NCBI GenBank assembly: GCA_013239625.1
Contig: MU054187.1
Span: 4,351,757-4,415,756 of the forward strand
DNA length: 64,000 bases
From: Lama guanicoe
Lineage: Eukaryota
Reading direction: 5' to 3'
Positions 60,848 through 64,000 of the stretch are shown here, piece by piece. Position numbers and translations under genes: made by a program. A model generated the notes under the pieces. The model saw only the letters and a list, made by a program, of their open reading frames with translations. It did no database searches and had not been told where the DNA came from. Position 1 is the first letter of the stretch. Every line of letters begins with the position of its first letter.

Positions 60848-63304
60848 TGTGAGCAGTGCTGGTGGACGGGGCGCGTGTGCGGTCAAGCAGAACCCGAGGG
60901 ACCGACATCTAGCCTGCCATAGCTTGCCCTCTCCCCAGTACATACTCTCTCTGCACTGACACCGTCTAACAATCTTCTTAGGAATAAAATATTTTAAAGG
61001 TTTGTCCTTTGTATTTTAAACTTTTTAAGACTCTTTACTTCTGGATTTTTCTCTCTGAAAATCATGGTATTCCAAGTGTTAAGAAAAACATTGTTTTTAT
61101 ATTATTTAATCAACTGTACCGTTTCCTCTTATTTTCCCATAACAGAGTAAGGTTGATTGGTCTAGGCCTAGGGGATCTCCAGCTAACCTGGATTTTTCCC
61201 CCCAATACTTAACGTCTAGGAGAGAGGAACACATGCTAAGAAACCTACTTGCTTCTTGACTTTATTTACAAGAACAGCTTCCTCGGGTGAATTCTCATTT
61301 ATTCTGGTTTTTGCCATTATGCTGACTCCCGGTGTGATGCAGTGAGAATTGAGATTCAGGATGAAGGCTCTGAAGCTCTGCAGGGCCATGACTCATCTAC
61401 AAAAAAATATATTCATCCTATAGTGTCGCACCAAGGATAGGAAGGGGGAGGTGCGCTCGGAGTGAGGGCTTTCTGGATTGTGCTCTGAGGTGTCTCTGCA
61501 GGCCGGGTCTGGAACTGGCCCAGTCCCAGGGCGGTGCCGGTCCCAGTCTCCTAGCTCCCCCAGCACAGGGTTCGGGCTGTTATCTCCGTGCTGCAGTGAG
61601 GCAGGGTGACTCAGCCAAGTCACAGATCTCTTCAGTAGCAAAGCTGCGATCTTCACCCAGGTATGTGGGTGCCCTGGAGCACCTGGGTCTTCCTGCCCCA
61701 TCAGCGTGGCATGAGAACCCCTGTTTTGTGCACTTGCAAAGCCTTCACGACATTCTTTTTGGGTCCGATCCCCACAAATCTCTTCTTCGGAACTCAGTGA
61801 CATGTTTTGAATGGCCTGAGTAGCATTTGGGCATTAAAGGGCCCCAAATGGGAGAAATTAAACTGCTTTTAATTTTCAGAGGAGACCTCCTAAGATTTCA
61901 CAGCACCTTGTTATAAGTTGCTTATTTTCAGAGGGTTGAGGAGAAGGATGACAGGACTAAGTCAAGGTCAATGCAAATGGCTTAGATTATGAAGTCGTCA
62001 CGTCTGGTCTGTTTTTGGCTTTGTGGCCCAGGCGATCTGGCGAAAGTCCCAGCTCCCCTGTCCCCTCAGTGATTTTCTTTCCTTTGGGTGGAGGGAGGTT
62101 TATTCATTTTAATCACTAAAATGCAGCAGAGGGGACATTGATGGTTAATGGAACATTGGATCAAATCCCTGTTCCATGTATTCATTATTCTGTTTTGTTT
62201 TTTAATTTTTGAACTTTAACAGTTTAGCCAGAGCCTAATTTAATTTTTTAATGGTGGTCTTCTTTGGTATTGAAAACATTATAGAAATACACAAAAGCAA
62301 TACTTGAGAATGGCTCAGAAGAGAACACAGACTACACCCAAAGTGTTTATCAAAGAAGCTAAACATAGCATTGATTGTGAATTTTGACCGGATAAGTTAT
62401 GGGAAGATTTGCATGGAAGATTTTGGAGAATAGTAGTTAGCAATTTAGTTTTTCATTGTTCATGGATGTCATGATTTAAACAATTGATTACAAGCAATTA
62501 GATATGGGCAAGGAAATGTGTTGCAGAATACATTTCATCCTGTTTTTAAACTTGGTTTTGTTCCTGCATGATCTTTTGTGACACAAAATTAATAAACTTA
62601 AATCACGCATGTTCATTCCTCTCCTGACATGTTAGGTTCCCTCCTACTTGTGAGAAGGGCCTGCATGTGATTTTTACATTTTTAATTTTTCGCAGTTTGA
62701 GTCGCATAAAGAGAATCACATAATAGCACAGGAGTTAAAGGCATGAGTCTTGTTTTACTATTTTTTTTTAAGGAAATGTTAGTCGGTGAAACAAATTACT
62801 TCCTTTTCCCAGTATAATTAAACAACTCTAAACTGAAACTGGCGCTAAAGATGAGTTTTTAAAATTGTAAACACTTTAGAGAGAAGTTCAAAGGTGAATA
62901 CTCAGCCAAAGGAAACAATATGTCATTTGGCAGACAGGTTCCTAGAAGAATTATAAGAATTCTGTGCTGTTTTATACATCAGAGCAAGATCAGTGGGTTT
63001 TGAAATTGTCCAGCTCCAGATAGAGCTTTTAAAAATACAATTCAGAAGCATATGGGAAATTTTGGACTAGTTCTGTTGTGATGCAAAGAATTTTTTTCCT
63101 CAGAGCCACACTAGAAGTTTGTTTCATCTTTTTGTCTTTTTCAGGAAGCATCACTGCTATCCTTCAAAATGGTCATTCTTGGCAGCAATTTTTTTTTGTC
63201 TTGTTGACTGGAATGTCATGAAAAGAAAATGATTTTGTGAAATAATGCAGTTTTGTAATTTCTTCAATTATGATTGTTATATTAAACAGATATTTACAGA
63301 GGAT

Positions 63305-63390
63305 CCACTGCATGCCAGGTGCTGGGACCAGGTAGTGCCTTCCCTGCCGTCCCTGGGCACTGCCTAGTCCCAGCACCTGGCATGCAGTGG
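63305..63390 (+). ncRNA. Candidate pre-miRNA-like hairpin built from inverted L2-like 3' ends
   Basis: Arms 63305-63339 and 63356-63390: 33 Watson-Crick pairs, 1 G-U, 1 C-A; 16-nt loop. The hairpin is certain; RNA function is not shown. Confidence 0.4.
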
Positions 63391-63429
63391 CTCTTTAAGT
63401 GCCTCTTTAAGGCTTTCCAGTGTGAAGTG

Positions 63430-63845
63430 GGGCAAAATAAATAAAAGTGGAAAGCTACTTTGAAGCAGTAATAATTGCAGTCAGGAATGCGAGTGGTCTG
63501 GGAGGGCCTCACAGATTATGCTTCAGCTGAGACAAGTGAAAAAGAAAGTCAACCTATGGAAGGTCTCCGAGCAGAGAGGATGGATGGCCTGTGCAAAGGC
63601 CCTGTGGCCTTTGCAGGAAATACGAGACAGCAGCAGAGGAACCAGCTCAGCAGGGCCTTCCCTGTAGGCCCTGGAGGGTGTGTCTGTTTATTCTAAATGT
63701 AGTGGGAGCTGCCGGAGGGTGTGACACAGGCGGGTCAGGCCCTCCTTTGCAGATTTGGCTGCTCACTCTGTCTGCCTTGAGGAGAATGATTCAGGAGGAG
63801 TGGAGCGGGGAGCTGGTTAGAAAGCTGTTGTGGTGACCAGTACCA
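63430..63845 (-). mobile_element. L2 fragment, antisense
   Basis: GTGGTCTGGGAGGGCCTCACAGA...GTGCAAAGGCCCTGTGGC...GCTGGTTAGAAAGCTGTTG. Confidence 0.65.
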
Positions 63846-64000
63846 GTTGTTGGCGGGAAATCCATGTTTGCAGGATGCCGAATTTCTGCTAACCTGACAC
63901 ACCAGTGATCTGAAGATGCATCATTATCGCCTGTGCCACTAAGAATGAAAGCAAACTGCCAGCTCAGCTAGGACACACCACCCTTGGTGACAAGGATCCT

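Noticed and set aside
63145..64000. Possible downstream exons of the CpG-island gene (acceptors near 63144 and 63873)
   Set aside because: Acceptor-like only; no convincing donor or recognisable frame inside the window, so the gene is left unnamed.
1..64000. CRISPR arrays, operons or other prokaryotic systems
   Set aside because: The sequence is clearly mammalian, with no repeat-spacer array or gene-dense segment.

Overview
Mammalian genomic DNA, most likely camelid (inferred from six tRNA-derived SINEs resembling the camelid Vic-1 type). The window is repeat-rich: young and old L1, L2, MIR, MaLR/ERVL/ERV1 LTRs and hAT-Charlie MITEs. I could not recognise any intact protein-coding exon. The ORF track is largely explained by repeats, a microsatellite and CpG-island composition; the only recognisable protein remnants are ERV-L integrase/dUTPase and L1 ORF2. 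A CpG island at ~58.5-59.4 kb holds an apparently non-coding first exon of an unidentified + strand gene (donor GAG|GTAAGG at 58766/58767). Best leads: (1) a near-perfect 35-bp hairpin at 63305-63390 made of inverted L2-like 3' ends inside that gene, a candidate intronic pre-miRNA; (2) a minus-strand skeleton of exon-like units with canonical splice sites, short introns and lengths often divisible by 3 but with stops (~13.6-53.3 kb), possibly a decayed multi-exon gene or fossil lncRNA; (3) a second, orphan promoter-like region at 11.2-11.9 kb; (4) two chimeric L1 insertions, each within one TSD, and a ~195-bp tandem duplication. All repeat family names come from remembered consensus similarity, not a search, and repeat boundaries are approximate.
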